64,000 nucleotides of DNA, taken from Macrostomum lignano (lineage: Eukaryota). Location: the NCBI GenBank assembly GCA_002269645.1, contig NIVC01000929.1, positions 1-64,000 of the forward strand. The letters are read 5' to 3'. The notes below the pieces were generated by a model. The model had not been told where the DNA came from and searched no databases. It saw nothing but the letters and a program-made list of their open reading frames with translations. The position numbers were made by a program, and so were the translations under genes. Shown piece by piece: positions 37,740-50,930 of the stretch (its first letter is position 1; each line of letters begins with the position of its first letter).

Positions 37740-38260
37740 AATGCTACGGAGGGCCCTGCCAACAGGATGAGTACGGCTTTCTACTTCCTACCGAACAAAC
37801 AGCCGCCAATCGCCAATCAAAGAAGCGGCTGTCACTCCTGGGTTACGCCGACGACCTGGCGCTGCCCGCCTCTACGGCTGAGGGAGCCCCAGCGCATGCT
37901 AGACAGCCTGGTGGCAGCTGCGGCATCGGTCGGGCATCAACACCGAGAAGACGAGGTGATGACTGTACCCGCGGAGCTGCCTATCAAAATCACCTGCTGG
38001 GACGCCCGACGGTTGTGCAGCAGCTCTACCTCGTTGCACCCTCGCTGCGACTACCCAGCGAGACCTTCCGCAGGCGAAGACTTCAGCTGGTGGGCCACAC
38101 CATCCGCGTGGAGGCCTACTGTTCTCAACCATTGAACCAGTGCAGGACGTCCTGCTGCTCACGATGCAGGGCCCCTGGCGCCGGGATTACGGCCGGGCGG
38201 GTCGCTACGCGGATTGCCTGCTGGATGACGCTGGGTGATCGGCCAGGCGCACGCTGTTGT
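37740..38260 (+). mobile_element. Truncated, internally deleted non-LTR (RTE-like) reverse transcriptase fragment
   Basis: LSLLGYADDLAL (37844-37855 = YADD), and downstream RRRRLQLVGH. Confidence 0.8.
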
Positions 38261-39218
38261 CGCTTTCAGAGAGTTAGCACTGAAAGAACTGATCTGACAC
38301 TGCCTCCCATTGTGAACTGTTACTCTTAACTCAACCTTGCCTTGTTGTTTTCTCTTCAGAATAATTTGCCCAGCTGCAAACTGTGATGGTGCATATCTCG
38401 TACTCGCGATTAAAAAATCTTATACTTCTTACTGTTTCACTGATTTAATTCCGAACCAACCAGGAAAACAAATTTATTTTTAATTCCGTGCATTTTTCTT
38501 GTGCTTTACTTTTACTGATCGGTGTTAGTGCTATTTATTGTGTGTAATATTATCGAAAAATTCAATTTCCGATGTCATTATTTAGGAACTTCCGCTGTGC
38601 TGTATTAAAACTATATAGTACTTCCGCATGCACTGACGTAGCATTGCGCCAATAATTTTACATTGCGTGACGCAGGCGCCTAAACCAATCTTTTGTTGAA
38701 TGCTACTAGCATAATAATCCTTTGAAATACATTGTATTGCTATACTGCATTGCTTTTGATGATCTAAACGAGACTAGCTAGACTCCTCACTGATCCATAC
38801 GAGTATGCTCCTCAGTCCTCAAGCGAACTACGAGTATATGGAAACGAGAGCAGATTGAGCTAGCAGCAAACTTAGTATTTGATCTTCGGATCACGGATAG
38901 AATCAAGGAAATGTAGATCTGGCACTTAAACAAAAGTCCTTGATTTAATGGAATACAGCAATTTTCAATCTGTCACTTTTTCAACTTCAACTTTTTTAAA
39001 TTTGGATTGGCGCAAGTCTCCTTTACATCGTCAAAAGCAATACTGGTTCCAATCCAAGAGAATGATTTGTTGATAACTGTATTTCACTCTTTGAGCTGAA
39101 CGCTGTGTTTGACCATTATTTTGTTGGTGTACAGCGTGCAACAGATCGCATGAATTGGTAAATTTCCTTTCATCCTATAATTCTGGTAGGGGGCGCTGCT
39201 GTTGCAAAGAGCGGGGTG

Positions 39219-40990
39219 GATAGCGGAGCTGTTGCAGGAGCTGCGGCAGATAGCGGAACTGTTGCAGGAGCTGCGGCAGATAGCGGAGCTGTTGCAGGAG
39301 CTGCGGCAGATAGCGGAGCTGTTGCAGGAGCTGCGGCAGATAGCGGAGCTGTTGCAGGAGCTGCGGCAGATAGCGGAGCTGTTACAGGAGCTGCGGCAGA
39401 TAGCGGAGCTGTTGCAGGAGCTGCGGCAGATAGCGGAGCTGTTGCAGGAGCTGCGGCAGATAGCGGAGCTGTTGCAGGAGCTGCGGCAGATAGCGGAACT
39501 GTTACAGGAGCTGCGGCAGATAGCGGAGCTGTTGCAGGAGCGGCGGCAGATAGCGGAGCTGTTGCAGGAGCTGCGGCAGATAGCGGAACTGTTACAGGAG
39601 CTGCGGCAGATAGCGGAGCTGTTGCAGGAGCGGCGGCAGATAGCGGAGCTGTTGCAGGAGCTGCGGCAGATAGCGGAGCTGTTGCAGGAGCTGCGGCAGA
39701 TAGCGGAGCTGTTGCAGGAGCTGCGGCAGATAGCGGAACTGTTACAGGAGCTGCGGCAGATAGCGGAGCTGTTGCAGGAGCGGCGGCGGATAGCGGAGCT
39801 GTTGCAGGAGCTGCGGCAGATAGCGGAGCTGTTGCAGGAGCTGCGGCAGATAGCGGAGCTGTTGCAGGAGCTGCGGCAGATAGCGGAACTGTTGCAGGAG
39901 CTGCGGCAGATAGCGGAGCTGTTGCAGGAGCGGCGGCAGATAGCGGAGCTGTTGCAGGAGCTGCGGCAGATAGCGGAGCTGTTGCAGGAGCGGCGGCAGA
40001 TAGCGGAGCTGTTGCAGGAGCTGCGGCAGATAGCGGAGCTGTTGCAGGAGCTGCGGCAGATAGCGGAGCTGTTGCAGGAGCTGCGGCAGATAGCGGAACT
40101 GTTACAGGAGCTGCGGCAGATAGCGGAGCTGTTGCAGGAGCGGCGGCAGATAGCGGAGCTGTTGCAGGAGCTGCGGCAGATAGCGGAGCTGTTGCAGGAG
40201 CGGCGGCAGATAGCGGAGCTGTTGCAGGAGCGGCGGCAGATAGCGGAGCTGTTGCAGGAGCTGCGGCAGATAGCGGAACTGTTACAGGAGCTGCGGCAGA
40301 TAGCGGAGCTGTTGCAGGAGCTGCGGCAGATAGCGGAGCTGTTGCAGGAGCTGCGGCAGATAGCGGAGCTGTTGCAGGAGCGGCGGCAGATAGCGGAGCT
40401 GTTGCAGGAGCTGCGGCAGATAGCGGAGCTGTTGCAGGAGCTGCGGCAGATAGCGGAACTGTTACAGGAGCTGCGGCAGATAGCGGAGCTGTTGCAGGAG
40501 CGGCGGCAGATAGCGGAGCTGTTGCAGGAGCTGCGGCAGATAGCGGAGCTGTTGCAGGAGCGGCGGCAGATAGCGGAGCTGTTGCAGGAGCTGCGGCAGA
40601 TAGCGGAGCTGTTGCAGGAGCTGCGGCAGATGGCGGAGCTGTTGCAGGAGCTGCGGCAGATAGCGGAGCTGTTACAGGAGCTGCGGCAGATAGCGGAGCT
40701 GTTGCAGGAGCTGCGGCAGATAGCGGAGCTGTTACAGGAGCTGCGGCAGATAGCGGAGCTGTTGCAGGAGCTGCGGCAGATAGCGGAGCTGTTGCAGGAG
40801 CTGCGGCAGATAGCGGAGCTCTTGCAGGAGCTGTTGCAGGAGCTGCGGCAGATAGCGGAGCTGTTACAGGAGCTGCGGCAGATAGCGGAGCTGTTGCAGG
40901 AGCTGCGGCAGATAGCGGAGCTCTTGCAGGAGCTGTTGCAGGAGCTGCGGCAGATAGCGGAGCTGTTACAGGAGCTGCGGCAGATAGCAG
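39219..40990. repeat. 30-bp minisatellite (GCAGGAGCTGCGGCAGATAGCGGAGCTGTT, about 59 copies)
   Basis: Read directly. Confidence 0.97.
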
Positions 40991-41919
40991 ATTTACTCGT
41001 ATCCCAAAAATATTCGCCTTTAAAATTGCATACAGTGTTTGAAAAAATCAATTGTGGAGTTTTAGATGCTTGAATCAATTTTGCTTAAGCCAGTGGCGTT
41101 TGCCGTACATGCCGTTCAATCTTTTTGTACATAAGGCCAAGCATAATTCTCAAATGGTAGATTTATCGCTTGGTTTCAAGTGCGTTAAGTCCTGTCACGA
41201 GTGCGCATAGCCTCCTCGCCTGTGTGGAGTTTTATTAGCCATTGATGAGGCTCCATGACCAGTAGCGCACTTGATCCAGTAATCTTTACGCACGAATTAA
41301 GGAATCTTAATAACGAATAACCAATTAAGGAATTTATTTGCGAAGCTGTTTTCTGATTTAGACAAGCGTATAGACATTTAGAGGAATTGGAACTTACCAT
41401 ACTGCTAAGGAAAGGGAAAACAGCTTGTCTGCATGGAGTTCTCACAGGAAGCTGGAGTTTTACCATAAGACTATAAGAGATATACATGTAAAGAGTGGGG
41501 ACTAAAATTTTGAGTTGGTCCAGGAAGAAGAGGTGACGAGAAGGACGACAAGAGCTGAAAATGTCTCTAACCACTACAGATCGACTAAGGCTTTAGACTG
41601 GCATGGAGTGACGGCGCTGGTTGATGAGCACTGGCTGTCTCCGGCGATTTTTTGACGAAGATCACAGGCAAACAATTCAAATAGACTTTTGGATTACCGG
41701 AGATTGATGGAGCTGGCTAAGAAGAAGCTGTACTGGTGGAGTTGACAAGAATATTTGCGCTCAGTAACTCGAGAAGACCAGCTGAATTGAAGGGACAAAG
41801 GGAGAAGATCGTTCTTTATTTGGGCCTCTTTTGGAAGCTTGCTTCTGCGCACATACAGCCATGACCTGACCTGAAGGACCTGACAAGATGTAAGAAAGGT
41901 CTACTAGCTACATTTAGAT

Positions 41920-42440
41920 GCCGGCGTCAAATTCTCTACATAACAGCACCAACGGAACTTTGTTCCAGATAATGACCTGTGCCCCAACATTCTCAATGAG
42001 TGCCAGTCCAATCGCGTCTCCACCGAAGGAATCTCCATCTGAGATAACGCTACACTCCCGTAGCTATCGTATCACGCGATATATCCTCAATGACCACTGC
42101 TGGAACCCTGGGTGAGCTCCACTGCTACCACTGACGGTTCAAAGCAGTCAATCAACACCGGCTTTGATGTTGGGATCTTTCTGAACGGGAGGGTTTCGCA
42201 ACCAACGCTCAGTACACTGAGGTCAACTCCAGTGTTTTCCAAAATGAATTAGTTCTCGCCATCAGCTCCTGCACTGCAGAGCTTCTCGCCACTGGCGTAA
42301 CCGGTAAGAGCATAACCGAAACCGGCCTTGTAGACTTGGCATGGCATCTGTGGCTGCAGCGTCAATTCTAAAACATTCCTTGACATGTTGGGTTCCACCA
42401 ACGAATTTACTCTTCACTGGGTTCCGGGGCATGTGCAGGA
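41920..42440 (+). mobile_element. Degraded non-LTR retrotransposon RNase H region in the palindrome spacer
   Basis: Across frameshifts: ELHCY-TDGSK, SVFQNE..LAIS, FTLHWVPGH. Confidence 0.75.
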
Positions 42441-43157
42441 GCGGTGGAAGATAGCAGAGCTGTTGCAAGGAGCCAGCGGTGGTAGATAGTGGAGCATGGC
42501 CAGCAGGGCGGGAGCGAAGAGTAGAAGTGGCAGGCTGCAGAAGCTTTTTGTTGTTTTGCATGGCTGCTAAACATGTAAATGCTGAAGTTAATTATGATAA
42601 ATTGAGTACATGTGCGTGTGAGATGTGCTTTTTATTAGCCATAAACGGTATACAGTATGTACAGTACAGCTACATTAGCATACATATATATTGTAGTTCA
42701 ATAACATTTTGACTCAAACGAGTCCGGCGTTCGAGTCACGACGATGTGCCATTTTTTTTAATTTATTTAGTCTCCAGACCACAAGTCCTCAAGGATACGG
42801 TACAGCTGATCAAGGGAAGCTGGCTGCTGCCTCTGGATGTCCCACTCGACCCAGTTCCATATATTCTATATCGGATTGAGGTCTGGTGACTGTGCTGGCC
42901 AGTCCATGGTGCGAATGTTGTTCTCAGCTATGCTCGGCTATGCGCACTCGTGACAGGACTTAACGCACTTGAAACCAAGCGATAAATCTACCATTTGAGA
43001 ATTATGCTTGGCCTTATGTACAAAAAGATTGAACGGCATGTACGGCAAACGCCACTGGCTTAAGCAAAATTGATTCAAGCATCTAAAACTCCACAATTGA
43101 TTTTTTCAAACACTGTATGCAATTTTAAAGGCGAATATTTTTGGGATACGAGTAAAT

Positions 43158-43706
43158 CTGCTATCTGCCGCAGCTCCTGCAACAGCTCCGCTATCTGCCG
43201 CAGCTCCTGCAACAGCTCCGCTATCTGCCGCAGCTCATGCAACAGCTCCGCTATCTGCCGCAACTCCTGCAACAGCTCCGCTATCTGCCGCAGCTCCTGC
43301 AACAGCTCCGCTATCTGCCGCAGCTCCTGCAACAGCTCCGCTATCTGCCGCAGCTCCTGTAACAGCTCCGCTATCTGCCGCAGCTCCTGCAACAGCTCCG
43401 CTATCTGCCGCAGCTCCTGTAACAGCTCCGCTATCTGCCGCCGCTCCTGCAACAGCTCCGCTATCTGCCGCAGCTCCTGCAACAGCTCCGCTATCTGCCG
43501 CAGCTCCTGTAACAGCTCCGCTATCTGCCGCAGCTCCTGTAACAGTTCCGCTATCTGCCGCAGCTCCTGCAACAGCTCCGCTATCTGCCGCCGCTCCTGC
43601 AACAGCTCCGCTATCTGCCGCCGCTCCTGTAACAGCTCCGCTATCTGCCGCAGCTCCTGTAACAGCTCCGCTATCTGCCGCAGCTCCTGCAACAGCTCCG
43701 CTATCC
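43158..43706. repeat. Second copy of the 30-bp minisatellite (about 18 copies, inverted)
   Basis: Read directly. Confidence 0.96.
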
Positions 43707-44664
43707 ACCCCGCTCTTTGCAACAGCAGCGCCCCCTACCAGAATTATAGGATGAAAGGAAATTTACCAATTCATGCGATCTGTTGCACGCTGTACACCAA
43801 CAAAATAATGGTCAAACACAGCGTTCAGCTCAAAGAGTGAAATACAGTTATCAACAAATCATTCTCTTGGATTGGAACCAGTATTGCTTTTGACGATGTA
43901 AAGGAGACTTGCGCCAATCCAAATTTAAAAAAGTTGAAGTTGAAAAAGTGACAGATTGAAAATTGCTGTATTCCATTAAATCAAGGACTTTTGTTTAAGT
44001 GCCAGATCTACATTTCCTTGATTCTATCCGTGATCCGAAGATCAAATACTAAGTTTGCTGCTAGCTCAATCTGCTCTCGTTTCCATATACTCGTAGTTCG
44101 CTTGAGGACTGAGGAGCATACTCGTATGGATCAGTGAGGAGTCTAGCTAGTCTCGTTTAGATCATCAAAAGCAATGCAGTATAGCAATACAATGTATTTC
44201 AAAGGATTATTATGCTAGTAGCATTCAACAAAAGATTGGTTTAGGCGCCTGCGTCACGCAATGTAAAATTATTGGCGCAATGCTACGTCAGTGCATGCGG
44301 AAGTACTATATAGTTTTAATACAGCACAGCGGAAGTTCCTAAATAATGACATCGGAAATTGAATTTTTCGATAATATTACACACAATAAATAGCACTAAC
44401 ACCGATCAGTAAAAGTAAAGCACAAGAAAAATGCACGGAATTAAAAATAAATTTGTTTTCCTGGTTGGTTCGGAATTAAATCAGTGAAACAGTAAGAAGT
44501 ATAAGATTTTTTAATCGCGAGTACGAGATATGCACCATTACAGTTTGCAGCTGGGCAAATTATTCTGAAGAGAAAACAACAAGGCAAGGTTGAGTTAAGA
44601 GTAACAGTTCACAATGGGAGGCAGTGTCAGATCAGTTCTTTCAGTGCTAACTCTCTGAAAGCGA

Positions 44665-45185
44665 CAACAGCGTGCGCCTGGCCGATCACCCAGCGTCATC
44701 CAGCAGGCAATCCGCGTAGCGACCCGCCCGGCCGTAATCCCGGCGCCAGGGGCCCTGCATCGTGAGCAGCAGGACGTCCTGCACTGGTTCAATGGTTGAG
44801 AACAGTAGGCCTCCACGCGGATGGTGTGGCCCACCAGCTGAAGTCTTCGCCTGCGGAAGGTCTCGCTGGGTAGTCGCAGCGAGGGTGCAACGAGGTAGAG
44901 CTGCTGCACAACCGTCGGGCGTCCCAGCAGGTGATTTTGATAGGCAGCTCCGCGGGTACAGTCATCACCTCGTCTTCTCGGTGTTGATGCCCGACCGATG
45001 CCGCAGCTGCCACCAGGCTGTCTAGCATGCGCTGGGGCTCCCACAGCCGTAGAGGCGGGCAGCGCCAGGTCGTCGGCGTAACCCAGGAGTGACAGCCGCT
45101 TCTTTGATTGGCGATTGGCGGCTGTTTGTTCGGTAGGAAGTAGAAAGCCGTACTCATCCTGTTGGCAGGGCCCTCCGTAGCATTG
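44665..45185 (-). mobile_element. Mirror copy of the RTE-like RT fragment
   Basis: YADD codons on the minus strand at 45069-45080. Confidence 0.8.
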
Positions 45186-48100
45186 TCTCCATTGCTTGGT
45201 TTGCTATTGTTAGGTTTTGCCTTGGCCTTATCTTTTTCTCCCCATCGAGGAGATTCTGAAGAGAGGAAGGAGAAATATTCGTTTTTACTTCTAAAACGGA
45301 TAATTAAATTTAATTAACAAAGCTACGAAAAAAGGGTGAGGCTGAAAAGGAGAATAGGGTGGGGACTGCAGGGGCGAAGGGTGGGCCAGTAGGGGCGAAG
45401 ATGTTCATGCTGGGGGAGGAGAGGGTGAGGCTGGAGGGGAGGAGAGGCTGAGCACTTGAGGGGAGGAGAGGCTGAGCACTCGAGGGGAGGAGAGGTTGGG
45501 GTTGGGGAAAGAAGGCGGTGGTGCTGGAAGGAAGGATGGGGCTAAAGGGTAAGAGGGTGGGGCTAGAGGGTAGAAGAGGATGGAAGCTGGAGGGGAGCGT
45601 GGGGCAGTAGGGGAAGAGGGCGGGGCTTGAGGGAAGGAGAGTCGGGCTGGAGGGAAGGAGGGTGGTGCTGCAGAGAAGGAGGGTAGGGCTGGAGGGAAGG
45701 AGGGTGGGGTGGGGCTGGAGGGAAGGAGAGTAGGGCTGGAGGGAAGGAGAGTGGGGCTAGAGGAAAGGAGAGCAGGGCTGGAGGGAAGGAGGGTGTGGCT
45801 GGAGGGAAGGAGTGTAGGGCTAGAGGGAGGGAGGGTGGGGCTGGAGCTAAGGCGAGTGGGGCTGGAGGGAAAGGGGGTAGGGTTAGAGGGAAGGATGGGG
45901 TGGAAGGGTAAGAGGGTGGGGCTAGAGGGTGGAAGAGGATGGAAGCTGGAGGGGAGCGTGGGGCAGTAGAGGAAGAGGGCGGGGCTTGAGGGAAGGAGAG
46001 TGGGGCTGGAGGGAAGGAGTGTCGGGCTGGAGGGAAGGAGGGTGGGGCTGGAGGGAAGGAGAGTGGGGCTGGAGGGAAGGAGGGTAGGGCTAGAGGGAAG
46101 GAGGGTGGGCTAGAGGAAGGCGAGTGGGGCTGGAGGGAAGGAGGGTAGGGCTAGAAGGAGGGAGGGTGGGTCCTGGAGGGAGGAGAGGGTGGAAGCTGGA
46201 AGGGAGGGTGGAAAGTCGAGGAGGAGGGCAGGGCTAGAGGGAAGGAGGGTGGGGATGGAGGGAAGGAGAGTGGGGCTGGAGGGAAGGAGGGTAGGGCTGG
46301 AGGGAAAGGGGGTAGGGTTAGAGGGAAGGATGGGGCTGAAGGGTAAGAGGGTGGGGCTAGAGGGTAGAAGAGGATGGAAGCTGGAGGGGAGCGTGGGGCA
46401 GTAGGGGAAGAGGGCAGGGCTTGAGGGAAGGAGAGTCGGGCTGGAGGGAAGGAGGGTGGGGCTGGAGGGAAGGAGAGTGGGGCTGGAGGGAAGGAGAGTG
46501 GGGCTGGAGGAAAGGAGGGTAGGGCTAGAGGGAAGGAGGGTAGGGCTAGAGGGAAGGAGGGTGGGCTAGAGGGTAGGAGGGTGGGGCTAGAGGGTAGGAG
46601 GGTGGTGCTGCAGAGAAGGAGGGTAGGGCTGGAGGGAAAGGGGGTAGGGTTAGAGGGAAGGATAGGGCTGAAGGGTTGGGCTAGAGGATAGAAGATGGAA
46701 GCTGGAGGGGAATGCGGGGTAGTAGGGGAAAAAGGTAGGGCTAGAAGGAAAGCAGGGTAGCAGGGAGGGAGGATAGGGCTGGAGGGAAGGAGGGTAGTGT
46801 TGCAGGGAGGGAGGGTAGGGCTGGAGAGAAGGAGGGTGGTGGTGCAGGGAAGGAGGGTAGGGCTTGAAAGGGAGGAGGGTGAGGCTAGAAAGAAGGATAA
46901 GACTGGAAGGTAGGATGAGACTAGAGTGGAGGAGGATAGGGCTGGAAAGAAAAAAAGATGGGGCTAGAGGTTCAAAGAGGTTTAGGTGGGGCTGGAGGAA
47001 GAGGTGAGGCTAGGAGGGTTAGGCTGGAGAGGAGAAGAGAGTAAGGGCTAGAAATGAGGAAAGTAAGAACTAGAAAAGAGAAGGTAGGTAGTGAAGAGGA
47101 GAGAATAAGGATTCAAGGGGAAGACATGATGGGGCTAAAATAAAGAAAGGAGTAATATTGGAAGGAAGAGGAGGTAAAGTTTTCAAAAAGAAAATAGGTC
47201 TAGAAAGAAGAACAGGATATAGATAGAGGTTAGAGAGGAAGAAAAGGTCATGACTACTAGATAGATATCATGACTTACTTTATAATGGTAGTAAATAACT
47301 AGTTGCTAGTCTATGGTTTATGGCTTTAAGTTTATAATCTAATTTCTAAAATATTTTTTAATTTTGTGGAGAAATCTTATTTATCAAAATATTTAAAAAA
47401 TGTGCATAATATTTCAATATAGAATGTGCTCTATATTATCTTGTTTTATATTTCCATTTTTGATGCTTATAAAACAGAATTTATAATATTTGTTAGAAAA
47501 AATTAATATAAATATTATAATACTTCTATTCCTATAGCCTTAGTAAATTGTATAAAATATAAGCTAATTAAATTAAATCAAAGAAGGACCAAATTAACTT
47601 TACATCCAAGAAAGAAAAAAGATGTTTATTAATACTATTATTAAGTCAAAAGAACATTTTAATAATATAACATAAAGGTAAAGGCTAGGCCTTATAACAC
47701 AAAAGAAAAGAAAATATTTTAGATTTAGGGCTACTAGTCAATAGAAGAAAATAATCAGTGAAATAGTAGGCTTTGTATTACTAAATGCAAAATTACTAGG
47801 CCTAGCTGCCTAGGTAGTTTTAAATTTAATCTATTGCCATTGACATTGGTAGAACAGTAGGTCCTAAATAAATCTGTAACAAAATGGCAATAGTAGTAAA
47901 ATTTAATATTTAGGTCGAACAGCATAGCATAGGCCTAGCCGATTAGACCAAGAATAAGATAGCTAGGTAAGATGCGCAACTTCCTAGACTAGAACTAGCT
48001 ACATTGGTCACTAGCCCTTTAAATTTTTGCTAATCCTGACGCAGGCTAATTATTTTAATAGCTAGCTAGAATGGAATTTGAATTATACAGTTTACCAACA

Positions 48101-49079
48101 TCACCCGTGACAACTTCTACACGCGAGTACACGGAAGCCTTAAAATTCATAAAAATATGGGTACAAATACCTATCGACGGGTATTATCTGCCTTTAAGGA
48201 AAATGCTCTCAAGGAAAAGGCTAAAAAAAAAGGTTAAGGCTCTTGTGAAGAGGTATTTTTGAGCCTTACGTTGTGTCACGGGTGATACATCTTACTAATA
48301 CATTTTCGTACACAAAACATGTATTGACCGCTTCTGAAGCCGAAAAAAACGTGTCCTATTCTGCTACGTGTTTGTGACACTGATGTGGGGGGACTAACTA
48401 CTGAATTCACCGGCACTTGGGTTCACCGGATTTTTAACTTTATTTTTAAGGCTTAAAAATATATATAATCGATAGCGCAAGTAAAACTAGAGATGCGCCT
48501 AGATTTTTGGCTCTGCGCGTTGCCCCTGGACATCAGGAGGGCGATTTTTGTTATTTTTTTGGGGGGGGGGGGTGAAACCGGCGGTGAACCCAATAAATCC
48601 TTCCAGAGAGCTGAAAACCTGTCATGCAATATTTCAAAGCAAAATATAGGCAGATTTCGACGTGCGCATAAAATTTCAGCGTTGCGCGTTGCTCCTGAAC
48701 TGCAGGAGAACGTTTTTTGTTAAATTCCGGTGTTGAATGACTGCCGCTGAACTCCGCGGTGAACGAAATTAAGTGCGTTTCCCGAGTCGAAAAATAGTAA
48801 ATTTTCCTATTAAAAAAGTTATCAAAGTAAAGTTTTATCACTTTCATCAGCATTTTTGCACTCCCTTTTGTGTTGACTGTTAAGCTATTTATTTTAATGC
48901 AAAGCGAAAACATTAAAAAAATATTTTGAACTGTGAGTCTTAAACCAGAATTATTTTAGCTCTGAACATACCTGCTATTCTAATTCAAAAGAATGGAAAC
49001 GTGTTTTAAAATTTTAAATTAGTAATATATTTGAGGTTTACAATTCGAAGTTTTTCTCACGAATCAACCTCAACCAGTC

Positions 49080-49665
49080 GTATCTACAGCTGCCTCTGCA
49101 CGATGACGCCAAGAATCTGACCTGCTTCCACACCGAATTCGGCCTCTACCGTTTCAGACGCATGCCGTTCGGCATCAGCTCGGCTCCGGCGGCCTTCCAG
49201 AAGGTCGTCGGCAAGATCCTCCAAGGCATCAGAGGCGTCGTTCACTATCAAGACGACATCGCTGTTCACGCCGGTACTGAAGCTGAGCACGAAAGTCGCG
49301 TACTTCAGGTACTGGACAAGCTGCTGCAGCATCGAGTAACCGTCAACCTCAAGAAGTGCAACCTTCAAGGCGTCGGAGATCGAGTTCGTTGGACACCGCG
49401 TCAGCGCAGCGGGAATTCAACCTCTTCAGTCGCACACCGAGTCCGTATCGGGACTCAAGGCACCCACCAATACGGCAGAGTTAGCCTCATTCCTTGGCTT
49501 TGCAAAGTTCTTCCAGTTCTACATCAAGAACCTGTCTCACGTCGCCGAGCCGCTGACAGCGCTCCTGCGCAAGGACACGCCATGGAACTGGGACGCAAAA
49601 TGCGAGATGGCCTTCAGCGAAGCGAAGCGTCTCATCTCATCAGCACCGTGCCTCATCTCATCCTT
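49080..49665 (+). pseudogene. Ty3/Gypsy reverse transcriptase fragment
   Basis: YLQLPL...GLYRFRRMPFGISSAPAAFQ...HYQDDI...NLKKC, then frameshifted EFVGH...ELASFLG...AEPLTALLRKD. Confidence 0.92.
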
Positions 49666-49674
49666 CCCGCTTTC

Positions 49675-50520
49675 AGCTATGGCGTCATCCGCCTCTTTCA
49701 ACCCCGCTGAAGCCGGGGCCCCGGCAACTCCGGCCGGTGACTCTGGCACCAGCGCCGCCCCACCGGGGGCAGATGGGCTTGCCGCCGGCTCGGCCGGTGA
49801 CATGCCCGCACGCGCAACCGGGCCCTCCGCTGAAGCCCGACGCGCCCGCAACCAACGCCGCAACGAGCGGCGACGGCGACTGCGGGATACTGCGGGCCGA
49901 CCACCGGCGGAGGGGAAACCTAGGGAGGACGAGGCTGCTGTTGGCCCGAAAGGAGCCACAGCAACTCCTGCCCCCAAGGATACAACCCCCGCTGGTGAGC
50001 TGGGGAACCGCCGCACTAACTACGCCTCAAAGGTCAAGCTCCAACCGGCGGTCATCGTCTTCGGGGAAGAGCAAGACCTCACGGCCGACGAGCTCGACAG
50101 TGCCTGGCGCACCATCGATCTTCGCGAGCGAGCTTCTGCCAATGCTGAACTGGCCCAAGAAGCTCGGCAAGCTCGTCTGCGCCAGCGCTTTCGCGTCTGG
50201 ATCCCGGCCGGCAGTGCCATTAAGTCCGGAGATCAGCTTAGGCAAATATTGCTAAAGCTGCACCCTGACCTTGAGGTCAACGGGCTCCTACACCACGCCG
50301 CTTCCCGCAAGGAGAAGGGGGCTACGGTGATCCTAGGGCTCTCTAATGACTGGGCTAAGCACTTGCCGCCTAAGTCCACAATCCATATTGGTCTGACTCA
50401 GCTGACCATTCTCCGTTGCGAGGAGCGGAAAGCTGATGAAGCCAAGAATGCCAAGGCTTCCGAAACCGAAACTGGGGCCAGGCTCCTCCGGCAAAGAAGC
50501 CGAGGCAAACGGCCGATCCT
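49675..50520 (+). pseudogene. Probable non-LTR retrotransposon ORF1 (gag-like) fragment
   Basis: Low-complexity Ala/Pro/Arg start, NYASKVK, then RFRVWIP...ATVILGL...IHIGLTQLTI, resembling R1/LOA/I-type ORF1. Assignment is from memory. Confidence 0.5.
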
Positions 50521-50559
50521 ATGCCCGGTAGGGCAGTTCGCGCTGCTGAAACCGGAAAT

Positions 50560-50930
50560 CGCAATCGCAGACCCGCCAGGAGCACCCGGAGGTCCGGCCT
50601 GATCCAGCGCGCGCTGGACCAGGCCAAGAACCTTCGTGCGCATCGTGAGCGGGCCCGCGCTTCTCGCGCTTCACCCCAACAGCCAGAAGGCCAGGCTGTA
50701 AGCTATCGAAGATATCGAAGATGCTGTTCTTGATCTCGTCGTTGTCAGGTTTGCTGTAGTTGCAGCGCTTCACGAGCTGGCGTAGAGAACCCATGAACTG
50801 GTCGAAGTCCTCCGCTTCTCCTTGCATTCTGGTGCGCAGCTGATAGCTTTCAAATGTCTCGTTGGAGAGAGGCTGGCAGTAGACATCAAACTTCTTGATC
50901 AAATCCTCGTACTTTTTCACTTCCGCAGTA
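50560..50930 (-). pseudogene. Ty3/Gypsy gag fragment
   Basis: KFDVYCQPLSNETFESYQLRTRMQGEAEDFDQFMGSLRQLVKRCNY. Confidence 0.8.

Larger units (their letters stand above)
34485..41212 (+). repeat. Left arm of a ~14 kb inverted duplication
   Basis: Reverse complement of 42936-48380: GTGTCACAAACACGTAGCAG...GTGCGCATAGCC, with scattered SNPs and indels. Confidence 0.96.
42936..48380 (-). repeat. Right arm of the ~14 kb inverted duplication
   Basis: Reverse complement of 34485-41212; shorter mainly because of VNTR copy number. Confidence 0.96.

Noticed and set aside
39084-41078. 664-aa Cys/Ser-rich or coiled-coil repeat protein
   Set aside because: It is open in several frames on both strands simply because the 30-bp unit lacks stops there. 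There is no independent coding evidence, so it is kept only as a side note.
34485-48380. Polinton/Maverick or other autonomous giant transposon
   Set aside because: No polymerase, integrase, capsid or transposase ORFs were found in the arms or the spacer.
34485-48380. Simple missed-adapter read palindrome
   Set aside because: It has a 1.7 kb unique spacer and genuine-looking arm differences. A haplotype misjoin cannot be fully excluded without reads.
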